DNA of 64,000 nt from Thermodesulfobacteriota bacterium (GTDB lineage: Bacteria; Desulfobacterota; Desulfobacteria; Desulfobacterales; SURF-7), in assembly GCA_049320885.1 (NCBI GenBank), contig JBMORA010000032.1, forward strand, positions 32,001-96,000, written 5' to 3'. The position numbers and the translations under genes are program-made. Position 1 is the stretch's first letter. Each line of letters opens with the position of its first letter. A model generated the notes under the pieces. That model did not search any database and was not told the origin of the DNA. It was given only the letters and a program-made list of their open reading frames with translations. Below, piece by piece: positions 1 to 10,445 of the stretch.

Positions 1-251
1 TCTGCCGGGCCAGAAACCCCCTGGCCGTCAAGACCATCATGGCCGCCATCGGCATGCCTGCCGGCGGCTGCCGCCGTCCCCTTGGTAAAATGACCTTGGC
101 CGGCTTGACGAAGGTCTTCGACACCTGCCGGGATGTCTGGGCAAAAACCCCGGAGGTATTCCAACCGGCGGCCGAATTTTTTCAGATCGACATGGCGGCC
201 CGCCTGAACGACCGGAAATATTGGGAAGGGCTGTATTATAAGGAATATTAG
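1..251 (+). CDS. dapA: 4-hydroxy-tetrahydrodipicolinate synthase, C-terminal part (runs off window start)
   Basis: The frame is open from nt 3: CRARNPLAVKTIMAAIGMPAGGCRRPLGKM. This matches the DapA C-terminal NP..vK..M...G...G..R.PL pattern. Stop TAG at 249-251. Confidence 0.7.
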   Translation, partial: CRARNPLAVKTIMAAIGMPAGGCRRPLGKMTLAGLTKVFDTCRDVWAKTPEVFQPAAEFFQIDMAARLNDRKYWEGLYYKEY

Positions 252-262
252 GGAAACAATCT

Positions 263-293
263 GGAATTCGGAATGACGAATTACGAATGAAGG
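263..293. repeat. Heptamer (AATTACG-like) repeat copy
   Basis: ggaattcggaatgacgaattacgaatgaagg; 278-293 is the exact reverse complement of 24138-24153. Confidence 0.65.
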
Positions 294-294
294 T

Positions 295-345
295 TTCGAG
301 CGGCCGGGGTATGCGATGGTACGATACTTCTCCCGGCCGCTCGAA
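295..345. terminator. Inverted repeat between convergent genes, probable terminator
   Basis: Perfect 14-bp stem, ttcgagcggccggg (295-308) / cccggccgctcgaa (332-345), between the convergent dapA and YkgJ-family stops. Confidence 0.55.
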
Positions 346-377
346 CTGTTTCCGCGATATGGATATCCGGTGAGATT

Positions 378-1175
378 TCAGCTCTCCCCGTCCAGCTTGA
401 CGCCGCCCTCCTTCAGGCGGAAATCCCCGATCTTGAACAACACCCACAGCATCCATTTGCAGCCGAATTCCAGCAGGGCGGTTTCATCCGTCCGCATTCG
501 CTCCACCTGATCCGGATCGATGTCGTACCGGGAAAGAAAGGTGCTCTCAAATACAAAATGCTTGAACTGATCGATATCATAACAGGTGGTGAAAAACATC
601 TGCTTGGTTTTTTCCGTCAGTTTGATGTTGGGCGGGAAAGACCGTTTCCGCACCACCAGGTCGGTCCAGCCGGCGTTGATTTCATCGTGCCGGTCCACCC
701 CCTGATCCACCCGCCATTCGGCGACGTCCCATTCTTTCTCTTCCTCGAAACCCCTGCAATGGGGCTCGTTGACGAAAAAATAAAACTCGTCTCCATCCGC
801 GCCTTCCTTGTGGCTCAGGGAGGCGACCCCCAGGGGGTAATACCGGCAGGTCGTGGGTCGATCCTGATAGACCATACACCCGTCGTCCTTGACAAAGGGA
901 CAGGACGACAATTCATCATCCAGCAGCTTCAGGGTCACCACCGGCAGATCGGTTTTTTCAAAAAGCCGGGGCACTGTAAAGACGGCCAGGAATTCCGTTG
1001 AGGTCATACCGAGCCGGTTCTTGAGCCGGATGATATCATAGGGGGTCAAGACGATATTGATCCCGCGGCAGCACTTGGTGAAACAGGCGACTTCCTTGTG
1101 GCACCGAAAACGGAAACGGCTTTTTTTATCCAGCCGGACCGGCTCGATGGCGGCCTTTGGTTCGTTTACATCCAT
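378..1175 (-). CDS. YkgJ-family cysteine cluster protein (zinc/iron-chelating)
   Basis: Cys pattern F.C....CFTKCC, CPF....GC.VY..RP..CR.YP, plus HC.GF. Confidence 0.85.
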   Translation of the reverse strand: MDVNEPKAAIEPVRLDKKSRFRFRCHKEVACFTKCCRGINIVLTPYDIIRLKNRLGMTSTEFLAVFTVPRLFEKTDLPVVTLKLLDDELSSCPFVKDDGCMVYQDRPTTCRYYPLGVASLSHKEGADGDEFYFFVNEPHCRGFEEEKEWDVAEWRVDQGVDRHDEINAGWTDLVVRKRSFPPNIKLTEKTKQMFFTTCYDIDQFKHFVFESTFLSRYDIDPDQVERMRTDETALLEFGCKWMLWVLFKIGDFRLKEGGVKLDGES

Positions 1176-1381
1176 AAATCCAACTATCCTTCCATGATTG
1201 AAATGTTGCGGGCATTGTTACCCGAGCCCGCCGCCAAAGTCAAGCCGACCCGTCAACGGTGCCCATCCCGGCGGATGGGACCGCGCCATATGCATTTCAG
1301 AGCACCGAAACCGAGAACCTTATCGTATCGCGGGCTATCCTTGCCATCGAATTCCGCTTTTACGGTAACGAACCTGGCGGT

Positions 1382-2215
1382 TTACCAGATATACCCCACA
1401 CCGGTCAGCACGGTGAACTCGTCGGCATGTCCGACGATCGGACTGTTGGCGATGTCGGTGTCGAAGCGCTCCATGCAGAAGGCCAGGGCCCCGATCCATG
1501 ACTTGCCGAGGCGGCAGGTCGATACCAGGGAAACCATCGGCGAGAGGGTCGAACCGGTGTCATGGGCGGGGCGTGACGCCGTCGCCTCACCGGACGATAC
1601 CCCGCCGAAATAGTAGTTCGCCAGCCGGCTCGAACGCCAGATCGCGCCGCAGCCGGGCATCACCAGAAACCGGCCGGCAATCATGGGAAAGTCCGCCCAC
1701 AGCAGCGCCTCGTGGCCGTTGCTGACATTGGTCACATCGCTCGCCATCCGCGCCGTCAGCAAGGCATACGGCGTGACCAGGTTGGCGCCGATACCGGCTT
1801 CCAGCTCTCCCTTGCGCTGATACATTCCGGCCAGGGCCGGCGTGTCCTCCGGATCAAGGTTGCCGAAACGGAACCGGCCGTACAGAAAGCCCGCAAATCC
1901 GCTTTCCTTTTTATAGAAATAGTAACGGCCACGGTCGCCGAGGTAAAGCAAGTCCTTGCCGAAATACACCGCACCCGGAACCACCAAGAAAGAGTCGCTC
2001 TGCGCTTCGTAGCGCGGGTTGTAGGCGATGGCCACCGCTCCGATCACGAGCCCGCGCGGCACCGGCGATGACTCCGCATCGACCGCCAGCGACTGCAACG
2101 AACCGAGATCGAGTTCAGCCGAATGCCCCGTCCCGCAGGCCAGCACGCCCATGACGAAGATGATCCATGTCTTCCACCCGACGCTCCTGAAAGCCCTCTG
2201 TTTTACCTGCAGCAT
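1382..2215 (-). CDS. MipA/OmpV-family outer membrane beta-barrel protein
   Basis: P.Y.......P motif, YYFGGVS..EA, DT.IANSPIV and an aromatic C-terminus (GVGYIW). Start placed at ATG 2215 after AGGAG; the ORF is open to 2272. Confidence 0.8.
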   Translation of the reverse strand: MLQVKQRAFRSVGWKTWIIFVMGVLACGTGHSAELDLGSLQSLAVDAESSPVPRGLVIGAVAIAYNPRYEAQSDSFLVVPGAVYFGKDLLYLGDRGRYYFYKKESGFAGFLYGRFRFGNLDPEDTPALAGMYQRKGELEAGIGANLVTPYALLTARMASDVTNVSNGHEALLWADFPMIAGRFLVMPGCGAIWRSSRLANYYFGGVSSGEATASRPAHDTGSTLSPMVSLVSTCRLGKSWIGALAFCMERFDTDIANSPIVGHADEFTVLTGVGYIW

Positions 2216-2429
2216 GCCTGACTCCTGATCGATTGGCGGACGCCAGTCTCTTTTCATGATGGAGGTTTCCAACGTGATCCTTTCAATTTCTCAATACCAA
2301 AACCGCCTATTCAATCGCCGGGCAATCCTGCAAAAGGTGGCTATTCGCCATTGCCATGCGGTCTGGTTACGGCTTCCATGACATTGTCGTAATGCCACTT
2401 CCTTGACGGGGAGAAGGCGTTTATTGTAA

Positions 2430-4121
2430 ATGAGAATCATGCACCCTGTCATCACCCTGCTGTTGCCAAGAACGCTATCCGTTCGAACCGGGTTCCGCCA
2501 GACCGTCCGCAACGGCCGCTTCAACCCGCTCATCGTTCTCGGATTCATCGGCCTGCTGTTCTGGGGCGGAATTTTCGCGGTCTCCCTGCGGGTGCTGACG
2601 TATTTCAAATCCATCGAGACCCTGGGAGATATTCTGGCCTTCAAGCTGTTGTCCATGGTTCTGGTCACGCTGTTTTCCCTGCTGGTTTTCAGCAGCCTGC
2701 TGACGACCCTTTCCAAATTGTACCTGTCGCGGGATCTGGCCCTGGTGCATTCCCTGCCGGTGCCCGCTTACCGGATCTATTCGGCCCGGCTGGTGGAAAT
2801 CGTCCTGGACAGTTCCTGGATGGTGGCGATGTACACCCTGCCGGTTTTCATCTCTTATGGCATCGTCTTCCGCGCCGGATGGCCGTTTTATGCCGGCATC
2901 CTCCTGGTCCTGCCGCTGCTCGGACTGCTGGCGTCTTCCCTCAGCGCGATCCTGATCATGCTGGCGGCGTTGATATTGTCCGCCGGACGACTGCGGTCCC
3001 TTTTCATCTTTTTCGGTCTGTTGCTGTTCCTGGTCCTTTTCCTCGCCTTCCGGCTGCTGCGCCCGGAACGTCTGGTGGACCCGGAGATGTTCGGCACCGC
3101 CCTGCAGTACCTGGCCGCGCTGAAAACCCCGGATTCACCGTTTTATCCCACCACCTGGGCTTTCGACGGCCTTGCGGCCGCCCTTCAAGGCCGGACTGCC
3201 GGGGCGGCTTTTCATATCGGCCTGCTGATATCCGCCACGTCTTTTCTGACCATCCTGTCCATCGGAATCTCCCAACCCTTATATTTCAGGGGCATCTCCC
3301 GGGCCGATGGCGGTTACCGCCGGCAGGGCCGGAAAAAGACAGCGGGCGTCCGCCGGCTGCCGTTGTTTTCCCGGCCGGCCGCCGCCTTTGCGGTCAAGGA
3401 AATCAAATCCTTTCTCCGGGATCAGACCCAGTGGTCCCAGCTCTTGCTCATCGCCGGCCTGGTGGCGGTTTATACCTACAATTTCTCGGTGCTGCCCCTC
3501 AACCGAGCGCCCATCCGGACCGTTTACCTTCAGAACCTGCTGGCCTTTCTCAACATGGGCCTGGCGGCCTTCGTCCTCACCGCCATCACCGCGCGCTTCG
3601 CTTTTCCGGCGGTCAGCCAGGAGAAGGACGCCATCTGGCTGGTGCATGCGGCCCCCCTGACCAAAAAACAATTTCTCTGGATCAAATTCCTGATCTATTT
3701 CCCGCCCCTGCTGCTGCTCACGGAAACCCTGATCGTCGCCACCAACCTGCTCCTCGGGGTGACCCCCTTCCTGATGTGGCTGTCCGTGGGCACCATCGCC
3801 TGCCTAACCCCCGGCATTACCGCCCTGGGCATCGGCCTGGGCGCGGCTTTTCCGGATTTCAAGGCGGAAAATCCGGTCCAGACCGTCACCGGCTACGGCG
3901 GCTTTCTGTTCATGCTCCTGTCCGGGCTCTATGTCACGGCCGTCCTTCTGCTGGAAGCCGGACCGGTCTACCGTATTTTCATGGCCGGCTTGTCCGGCAG
4001 GAGTCTGTCCCTGCCGGATGGGATCTGGCTCATCGTCACCGCCGGAACCATTGCGTCCCTCGGCGTTGCCACGCTCCTGCTGCCCATGCGATACGGCATA
4101 ACGCGCATGAGCGCCTCCTGA
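2430..4121 (+). CDS. Putative ABC-2-type exporter permease
   Basis: About 12 TM segments; DL..vhSLPV, KEIKSFLRD..QWSQ and S.E..A.W.....P motifs. The start may be ATG 2439. Confidence 0.75.
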   Translation: MRIMHPVITLLLPRTLSVRTGFRQTVRNGRFNPLIVLGFIGLLFWGGIFAVSLRVLTYFKSIETLGDILAFKLLSMVLVTLFSLLVFSSLLTTLSKLYLSRDLALVHSLPVPAYRIYSARLVEIVLDSSWMVAMYTLPVFISYGIVFRAGWPFYAGILLVLPLLGLLASSLSAILIMLAALILSAGRLRSLFIFFGLLLFLVLFLAFRLLRPERLVDPEMFGTALQYLAALKTPDSPFYPTTWAFDGLAAALQGRTAGAAFHIGLLISATSFLTILSIGISQPLYFRGISRADGGYRRQGRKKTAGVRRLPLFSRPAAAFAVKEIKSFLRDQTQWSQLLLIAGLVAVYTYNFSVLPLNRAPIRTVYLQNLLAFLNMGLAAFVLTAITARFAFPAVSQEKDAIWLVHAAPLTKKQFLWIKFLIYFPPLLLLTETLIVATNLLLGVTPFLMWLSVGTIACLTPGITALGIGLGAAFPDFKAENPVQTVTGYGGFLFMLLSGLYVTAVLLLEAGPVYRIFMAGLSGRSLSLPDGIWLIVTAGTIASLGVATLLLPMRYGITRMSAS

Positions 4122-4127
4122 GGCGCG

Positions 4128-4170
4128 AAAAAAAGCCCCCTGGGAGAGTTCTTCACTCCCAGGGGGCTTT
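4128..4170 (-). terminator. Rho-independent terminator (probably bidirectional)
   Basis: Perfect 15-bp stem, aaagccccctgggag / ctcccagggggcttt. The A7 tract at 4128-4134 is a U-tract for the minus-strand porin transcript. Confidence 0.85.
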
Positions 4171-4207
4171 GCGGGTCTTTCAATAAAACGCCGTCAGCGG
4201 AAAACGG

Positions 4208-5608
4208 TTAGAAGGAAACCTCTATCTTGTGATAGATCTTGCAGCCGTCCTGCAAATCGTTTTTATCCAGGACATATGCTCCGCCGGTGGCGATCAGCTG
4301 ATCGGCGCCCGCCACATCCGCCATGGCGTCGCCCACAAACAGCCAGCCGAAATTAAAGGCATAATTCAAATTGGGGGTGATGTCCCAGGACAACCTGAAA
4401 TCGAGCTCCGTGCCGTAATCAGCTCCCTGCCAGGCCTGACCAGTCAGCGGGTTGTAGTCATATTCCGCTGCCCTGGCGGCGCCGCCCAGTACGGACAGTT
4501 TGAGGGTTTCCTTGGGCATGTAAGACGCGCCCAGCCACCAGATATGAGCGCCGCCGAGGGCCGGCATGGTCGCGCTCGTGGCCGCAAGAGGATTGACTGT
4601 TACCGCGCCTTGGTTGCTGCAATAATTGGTCAGGATGGCGGTTCCGGATGTGTCGGTCAGATAGACGAATTTATCCCAGTCCTGTCCCAGGCCGCCGTAG
4701 GCAAAGTTGGCGAAGGTCCATTTTCTGTCATTGCCGGCCAGTCTTCTGGCATCCTGGCCCTGGAGATGACCATAACCGGTTTCCCAGCCGAAGGCGCCGT
4801 GTTTTCCGTTCAGCTCCGTGCCGAAGGTGAACGCGCCGATTTCCATGTCGTTCCCGTTGATGGCGCCGTTGCGGTCATCATCAAACCGGCCGAATTCATA
4901 GACGGCTTCCAGCATGAAAGTGATATCGCCGAATGTGCCGTTGAAATAAGGTACGGCGGCATAGTAATTCTGTTTTCTGGCTTCATTGATCGGGTTTCGG
5001 ACATAGGCGGTCAAAATACCGGTGGAGAATTTCTCGGCCTTGTAATTGCCCACCAGGTAGTACACATCGGCATCGGCATCGGAATAGGGTACCATATTTG
5101 CATTTCGGGTCTGGAAATCCCCCTCGGTGCCTTTTTGGAGGATACCGATCACAGCCACTTTATCGCCGATGGGCACGGTGTATTTGATGCGGTCGAAATC
5201 ACCGGCATAATCGCCGAAGGGCAGGGCCCAGGCGCCGCCGAGCTGCCGTCCGATATCGAATTTGCCGATGGGGGAGACGTAGGTCATGAAAGCGCGGTTG
5301 AGAATAAAGGTATCATAATCGCCTTTTTCCGCATAGCCGCGATTGACTTCCGTGCCCCAGGTATTGTCAAAACCGGTCCAGCGGACGCTCAACTTCAAAT
5401 TGTCCGCGATGGTCAGCACATGGTCCATCCGCAGCCGGTGATCGTATTTGTCGTCCGAGTGCTTGTCCTCATCGTTGAATGTTGGATTCTTGTAACTGAA
5501 ACCGCGAAGTCTGTAGCCCCCTGTCGTCTCGATTTCCAGCGCCATTACCGGAACCGCCAGGGCGGCGATAAAACATAGCGCCAGCGCAATTGAAATGGTT
5601 CTCTTCAT
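4208..5608 (-). CDS. Outer membrane porin (deltaproteobacterial type)
   Basis: Signal peptide MKRTISIALALCFIAALAVPVMA, G.YRLRG and RLR strands, amphipathic beta strands, C-terminal Phe (IEVSF). Confidence 0.8.
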   Translation of the reverse strand: MKRTISIALALCFIAALAVPVMALEIETTGGYRLRGFSYKNPTFNDEDKHSDDKYDHRLRMDHVLTIADNLKLSVRWTGFDNTWGTEVNRGYAEKGDYDTFILNRAFMTYVSPIGKFDIGRQLGGAWALPFGDYAGDFDRIKYTVPIGDKVAVIGILQKGTEGDFQTRNANMVPYSDADADVYYLVGNYKAEKFSTGILTAYVRNPINEARKQNYYAAVPYFNGTFGDITFMLEAVYEFGRFDDDRNGAINGNDMEIGAFTFGTELNGKHGAFGWETGYGHLQGQDARRLAGNDRKWTFANFAYGGLGQDWDKFVYLTDTSGTAILTNYCSNQGAVTVNPLAATSATMPALGGAHIWWLGASYMPKETLKLSVLGGAARAAEYDYNPLTGQAWQGADYGTELDFRLSWDITPNLNYAFNFGWLFVGDAMADVAGADQLIATGGAYVLDKNDLQDGCKIYHKIEVSF

Positions 5609-5888
5609 TAGTTTCCCTCCAGAAGTTTATATGGTCAGTTGTCGATTGATTGTAAACATGTGCATGAACCGGACTTCGAGCCTCAATGTCTGACAGGCAT
5701 CCCCCCTTTCATGTACTTGAAGGCCGCCTGACTCTCTTACAAAGCAGAGTGCGCAGCGATTGTTGCGGTCATATTGTCGGTTTCAGTATATATGCAAAGC
5801 GGTTATAAGTGAATACTAGCGAATAAACACCGCCATATTCCTATATGCGGCCGCGATTGTCAAGGAATTTATGAGTTATTTCCCGTTT

Positions 5889-7424
5889 TTATTTTTTCAG
5901 GGACCCGAGCCGATAAGTAATGACGGCGCTTTTTCCGCCTTTGATCAGGGAGTTGCGCTCACTCACCACTGCGGCAAGTAGTTCCAGGGAACCGTCGCCG
6001 TCCAGATCTTCCACATAAAAGTCACTGATATAACCGGATATTTTATCAGCAGCCGCCTTCACGGAAAGCCCCAGACCGTCCCACCCCAAGACTTCGAAGG
6101 AACCGCTGCCATAACTTCTGTACCGTTCCAGAAAGCGGCCGGTCATGGATTCGTTTTTCACCACTAGCACTTCGCTCCCGGCCTTCTGATCCAAATCCAC
6201 GACAATCACCCGCTGGGAAAGATAGCGGCGTTCTTTTTCGTCATTCCTTTCCAGGCCGCTAGTCACATAATCGAGAAAACGCTCGCTGCCGCCATATTTT
6301 TCTTCACTCTTCCATTCCTGGGCGCCGGTGGGAAGAAACAATCTCAGACTGTCCTGTTGATCCAGCAAAACCATGACTTCCCGGCCGTCGTTGAGGATAT
6401 TTCCCACAGCCAGGCTCAGCAGGTCCGACTCCGCCGGCAGGTTGTATCTTTTTCCAGGGCGGTATCCGGTTCCATCCCAGGTCAATTCATGAATCCCCGG
6501 CAAAAAAGGCTCTTCAAACCCTTTTTTTTGTCCCACCAGCATCGGTTTGCCGCCGGGCCTGGGAACAACGCGATAAAACCAGGCCGGATCATGGGAAACC
6601 GGCTGGAGCGATCCACTCTTCCATTCCAGCACCAGGGAATTCATCCCATCGAAGTCGGGACGGATGGCGGTGACAAAGATTTCCGCCTTGCCGTTGCCGT
6701 TGATATCGGCGATATCCACGCCCAGCAGTTTCCTCCCGGCCCCGGCCTCCCAGCCTGTTATCTCCTTGAGCTCACCGTCTTCCTTTCGCCACACCTGAAG
6801 GCTTTTATCGGCGATGAGCACGATTTCCACCTTGCCGTCGGCATCCACGTCACCAGCGGATATGCCGGAAATCTCCGCTTCGAAATTCCGGCTTTTCCAG
6901 AAACCAGCGCCTTCGCCCGCGGTGACCGGTTCCGCCACTACTCCCGCTGTCCACGATGCGGCATGCGCCGCCGCCACTTCCCGGGCAACGGCCTGAACCG
7001 CCGGAATGACTTCGTCCACGGAAGCGGCCTGGCGGGAAAAAACCAGCGGACCGGCCCCGCTTTTCACCCCCAGGACCTTGGCATCCAGACTGATGCTGCT
7101 GCCGAAAACCGTCAGGCTGCCATAGAGGACGCGGTCTGCGCCCAAGCTTCCGCCGATTTTCCGCGCAGCCTCATCCTCGCTTACGCCCCCGCGGCTTTCG
7201 GCCTCATCCAGCGACGGCTTGACGGCCGCAAGGCCTTTTTCCGCTGAAAGTCTGGCCACAAACATATCGGCGACCCCTTCCCGAAGATAGGAAAGATCCC
7301 GGTCGGCATTGATCTTGAAAGGAAGCACGGCGATTGTCGTTTCCGCCTCCTGCCCGGCCAGGCATGGCATGCCTGCCAGCAGCGTCACCGCCACACTGAA
7401 AAAGAGCAGCCGCATTCTCATCAT
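5889..7424 (-). CDS. Secreted FG-GAP/VCBS repeat protein with N-terminal TolB_N/CsgG-like domain
   Basis: Signal peptide; IAVLPF N-domain; repeats GDVDADGKVE, DINGNGKAE, DLDGDGSLE. Confidence 0.75.
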   Translation of the reverse strand: MMRMRLLFFSVAVTLLAGMPCLAGQEAETTIAVLPFKINADRDLSYLREGVADMFVARLSAEKGLAAVKPSLDEAESRGGVSEDEAARKIGGSLGADRVLYGSLTVFGSSISLDAKVLGVKSGAGPLVFSRQAASVDEVIPAVQAVAREVAAAHAASWTAGVVAEPVTAGEGAGFWKSRNFEAEISGISAGDVDADGKVEIVLIADKSLQVWRKEDGELKEITGWEAGAGRKLLGVDIADINGNGKAEIFVTAIRPDFDGMNSLVLEWKSGSLQPVSHDPAWFYRVVPRPGGKPMLVGQKKGFEEPFLPGIHELTWDGTGYRPGKRYNLPAESDLLSLAVGNILNDGREVMVLLDQQDSLRLFLPTGAQEWKSEEKYGGSERFLDYVTSGLERNDEKERRYLSQRVIVVDLDQKAGSEVLVVKNESMTGRFLERYRSYGSGSFEVLGWDGLGLSVKAAADKISGYISDFYVEDLDGDGSLELLAAVVSERNSLIKGGKSAVITYRLGSLKK

Positions 7425-7474
7425 CGCTCCGGAATATCGATTGGTTTATGGTTGACGTTTATCGGTTGATAGCG

Positions 7475-8914
7475 CTATTCTCTCGGCTCTTCCAACTTCT
7501 TCCCCAGCAGCTGGTTGACAATGGCCGGATTGGCCTTGCCCCTGGTTTCCTTCATCACCTGGCCGACAAAGAACCCCAGCAGTTTTTTCTTGCCGCCGCG
7601 ATAGGCCTCCAATTCAGCGGGAGAAGCCGCCAGGACGGCATCGATGGCCTCTTCGATGGCGCTGCTGTCGGTGACCTGCACCAATCCCTTTGCTTCCACA
7701 ATGGCCGCCGCCGGCTTTCCGGTTGCGGCCATTTCCTCGAAAACGGTTTTGGCGATCTTGCCGCTGATCACGCCCTGGTCCATCAGCTTCAGCAGTCCGG
7801 CCAGGTTGGCGGCGGGAATCGGGGATTCCTCGATGGTCCGTCCCAGGGTGTTCAGCAGGGCCATGACTTCCCCCATGACCCAGTTGGCCGCGATCTTGGG
7901 CTTGTCGTATTCCTTAAGGCAGGCTTCGAAATAATCGGCAGTTTCGCGAGCGGCGGTGAGCACTTCCGCATCATACACCGGCAGCCCGTATTCCCGGATG
8001 AAACGCATTTTCCGGGCATCCGGCAATTCCGGCAGGTTGGCCTTGACCGCTTCGATCCAGGCAGCTTCGATCACCAGGGGCAGCAGATCCGGATCCGGAA
8101 AATACCGGTAATCATGGGCATCTTCCTTCCCGCGCATGGAAACGGTTTTGTTCTTGTCCGGATTCCACAAGCGGGTTTCCTGGGTCACTTCCCCGCCTTC
8201 TTCCAGAATGGCCTGCTGGCGCCGGATTTCGTAATGCAGCGCCTTTTCCACATGCTTGAAGGAATTGAGGTTCTTCAGCTCCGTGCGGGTGCCGAAGGGT
8301 TGGGCCCCCCGGGGTCGCAAGGACACGTTGGCGTCACAGCGGAAACTGCCTTCTTCCATGTTGCCGTCACAGACGCCGATATACCGCAGAATGGACCGCA
8401 GCTTCCGAAGATAGGCGCCGGCTTCCTCCGGCGAACGCATATCCGGTTCGCTGACGATTTCCATCAGCGGCACCCCGGTGCGGTTGAAATCCACCAGGCT
8501 GACCGGCCGGGCCGGGTCATGATTCAGCTTGCCGGCGTCTTCCTCCATATGAATGCGGGTGATGCCGATGGTTTTGTCCACCCCACCCACATGAATTTCA
8601 ATATGCCCGTGCTCGGCAATTGGTTGTTCATATTGGGAAATCTGGTACCCCTTGGGCAGATCCGGGTAAAAATAATTCTTGCGGGCGAACCGGCTCCGCC
8701 GGGCGATCCGGCAATCCGTGGCCGCCGCCATCATCAGGGTGAATTCCACCACCTGCCTGTTCAGCACCGGCAGCACCCCGGGCATCCCCAGGCAAACCGG
8801 GCAGACATGGGTATTCGGCGCCGCGCCGAAAGCGGTGGAGCAACCGCAGAAAATTTTGGTATTGGTCTTGAGTTGGGCGTGTACTTCCAGCCCGATGACA
8901 GGTTCGAAATCCAT
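7475..8914 (-). CDS. gatB: Asp-tRNA(Asn)/Glu-tRNA(Gln) amidotransferase subunit B
   Basis: [45 protein letters not shown] and the C-terminal FFVGQVMK motif. Confidence 0.98.
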   Translation of the reverse strand: MDFEPVIGLEVHAQLKTNTKIFCGCSTAFGAAPNTHVCPVCLGMPGVLPVLNRQVVEFTLMMAAATDCRIARRSRFARKNYFYPDLPKGYQISQYEQPIAEHGHIEIHVGGVDKTIGITRIHMEEDAGKLNHDPARPVSLVDFNRTGVPLMEIVSEPDMRSPEEAGAYLRKLRSILRYIGVCDGNMEEGSFRCDANVSLRPRGAQPFGTRTELKNLNSFKHVEKALHYEIRRQQAILEEGGEVTQETRLWNPDKNKTVSMRGKEDAHDYRYFPDPDLLPLVIEAAWIEAVKANLPELPDARKMRFIREYGLPVYDAEVLTAARETADYFEACLKEYDKPKIAANWVMGEVMALLNTLGRTIEESPIPAANLAGLLKLMDQGVISGKIAKTVFEEMAATGKPAAAIVEAKGLVQVTDSSAIEEAIDAVLAASPAELEAYRGGKKKLLGFFVGQVMKETRGKANPAIVNQLLGKKLEEPRE

Positions 8915-9153
8915 TCCCATCCCCATTGCTGCTTGCAAAATAAATCCAATTTAAAACAAATTGTTATGCACACAAACCGCTTCCCCAGCCATGGGCACCG
9001 CTATCAAACAAGGCGTTATGGTGACCGATAAGCCGTCATTAGTCAAGCGATTTTCAGGGCTGCTCCACCGGTCCCGGAGACAGAAATAATCTTTTCATTT
9101 CAAAGTGCATATGGTACTTATCCCTATCCATGAGACTGTTGCCCGCCGGCTGG

Positions 9154-9187
9154 GGCGGAATGCCCGGCGGAATGCCCGGCGGAATGC
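9154..9187. repeat. 12-bp tandem repeat (ggcggaatgccc, about 2.8 copies)
   Basis: ggcggaatgccc ggcggaatgccc ggcggaatgc in the gatB-GSCFA divergent intergenic region. Confidence 0.8.
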
Positions 9188-9395
9188 GCAATAAACCCTC
9201 AAATTTCTCCCCGGTACAGGGCCGACCCGTGCGCATAATTGATATATCATATTGATTTATAATGATTTAATCAAAAATGCGCGCTATCCAGACAGCGGTC
9301 GCTCGACAATGGGACTGCCGAAGACCATCTTCCGGTAAGTCAGAGAGCGGAGCTATGTTCCGGCTCCCCCAAGCATCATTGACGCCATTCCTCCC

Positions 9396-9423
9396 ATTCG
9401 TAATTCCTAATTCGTAATTCCTG
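9396..9423. repeat. Heptamer repeat copy (ATTCGTA/ATTCCTA, about 4 units)
   Basis: attcgtaattcctaattcgtaattcctg immediately upstream of the GSCFA gene start. Confidence 0.75.
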
Positions 9424-9432
9424 ATTGCAGTC

Positions 9433-10386
9433 ATGGCCCGTTCCAAGGTTCATCCCACCCATCGATTCGAATCCTGGCAAGTCTGGCCGGGATCGTATCA
9501 CAATCCACCGGCCGACGGAAATTTTCCATTTCCCGGCGACCGTTCCTTCACCATCACCCCGGAAACCCCCATCGCCTCCATGGGTTCGTGTTTTGCGCGG
9601 GAAATCCGCAAGGCGCTCCTGTCGGCCGGGTATCACTACATCACCGAGGAAGCCCATCATCCCGCCGCCATCCATGCCAGCGCTGCCTGGGAGCGGGTAT
9701 ACAACCCCCATTCCATCCGGCAGATCTTCGAGTATACCTTCGAAGAATGGCGGCCGGAGCTGCGCTGGTGGCATTGCCCCCAATCCGGCCAGATCCAGGA
9801 CCCCTATAGGCGGATTATCCTGTATGACAGCCTGGAGACCGCGGAGGCGGATTTTAGCCGCCACATCCTGCATTCCCGCAAGGCCCTGACCACGGCGGAA
9901 GTGCTGATCCTGACCCTGGGACTGACGGAAATATGGCAGGATCAGACCGACGGCGCCGTCATCTGTCTGCCGTCGGGCCCCTATGTGGAGGAGCAGGGCG
10001 ACATGAGCCGGTATCGGTTTCGAATCAGCCGCTATCCGGAAGTCCTTGAAAATCTGGAAAAAATTCACGCCATCATGGGCCGGGTCAATCCCCGGTGCCA
10101 TCTGGTGATAACGGTCTCCCCGGTTCATCTCTGGGCCACTTTCCGCAAGGATAGCGACGTCATCAGCGCCGGCTGCAATTCCAAATCAACCTTGCGGGCT
10201 GCGGCCGACGAATTTGCCGGTCTTCATGACAATGTGACGTATTTTCCGGCATTTGAAATGGCCACTATTTACACCGGCCTCTTGGGGCGAAGCTATTTTG
10301 CCCAGGGAAAGGAAAATTTTCATGTCAACCGGGAAACCGTGGCCTTCATCATGGATCATTTTTTCAAATTCTACAGCCAGCCTTAG
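9433..10386 (+). CDS. GSCFA-domain protein (SGNH/GDSL-like hydrolase or acyltransferase)
   Basis: Literal GSCFA motif, ILTLGLTEIW, ITVSPV.L..TF, SKSTLRAA, YFPAFE and a late H (FHV). Confidence 0.9.
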   Translation: MARSKVHPTHRFESWQVWPGSYHNPPADGNFPFPGDRSFTITPETPIASMGSCFAREIRKALLSAGYHYITEEAHHPAAIHASAAWERVYNPHSIRQIFEYTFEEWRPELRWWHCPQSGQIQDPYRRIILYDSLETAEADFSRHILHSRKALTTAEVLILTLGLTEIWQDQTDGAVICLPSGPYVEEQGDMSRYRFRISRYPEVLENLEKIHAIMGRVNPRCHLVITVSPVHLWATFRKDSDVISAGCNSKSTLRAAADEFAGLHDNVTYFPAFEMATIYTGLLGRSYFAQGKENFHVNRETVAFIMDHFFKFYSQP

Positions 10387-10445
10387 GGTCGCTTGAGAAG
10401 TGGCGGCGGAACCCGAACGCAACCCCAACCGGAACGGATACCAAC

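Noticed and set aside
4229..5578. 449-aa plus-strand ORF
   Set aside because: Antisense shadow of the porin gene, with no recognisable motifs.
5835..5863. Minus-strand TTGACA upstream of the porin as a promoter
   Set aside because: The hexamer at 17-nt spacing (GAATAT) is a poor -10, so it was not called.
7448..9031. 527-aa plus-strand ORF
   Set aside because: Antisense shadow of gatB.
9054..9236. 60-aa minus-strand ORF with PPGI repeats
   Set aside because: It is the translation of the 12-bp tandem repeat, with no family motif or clear RBS.
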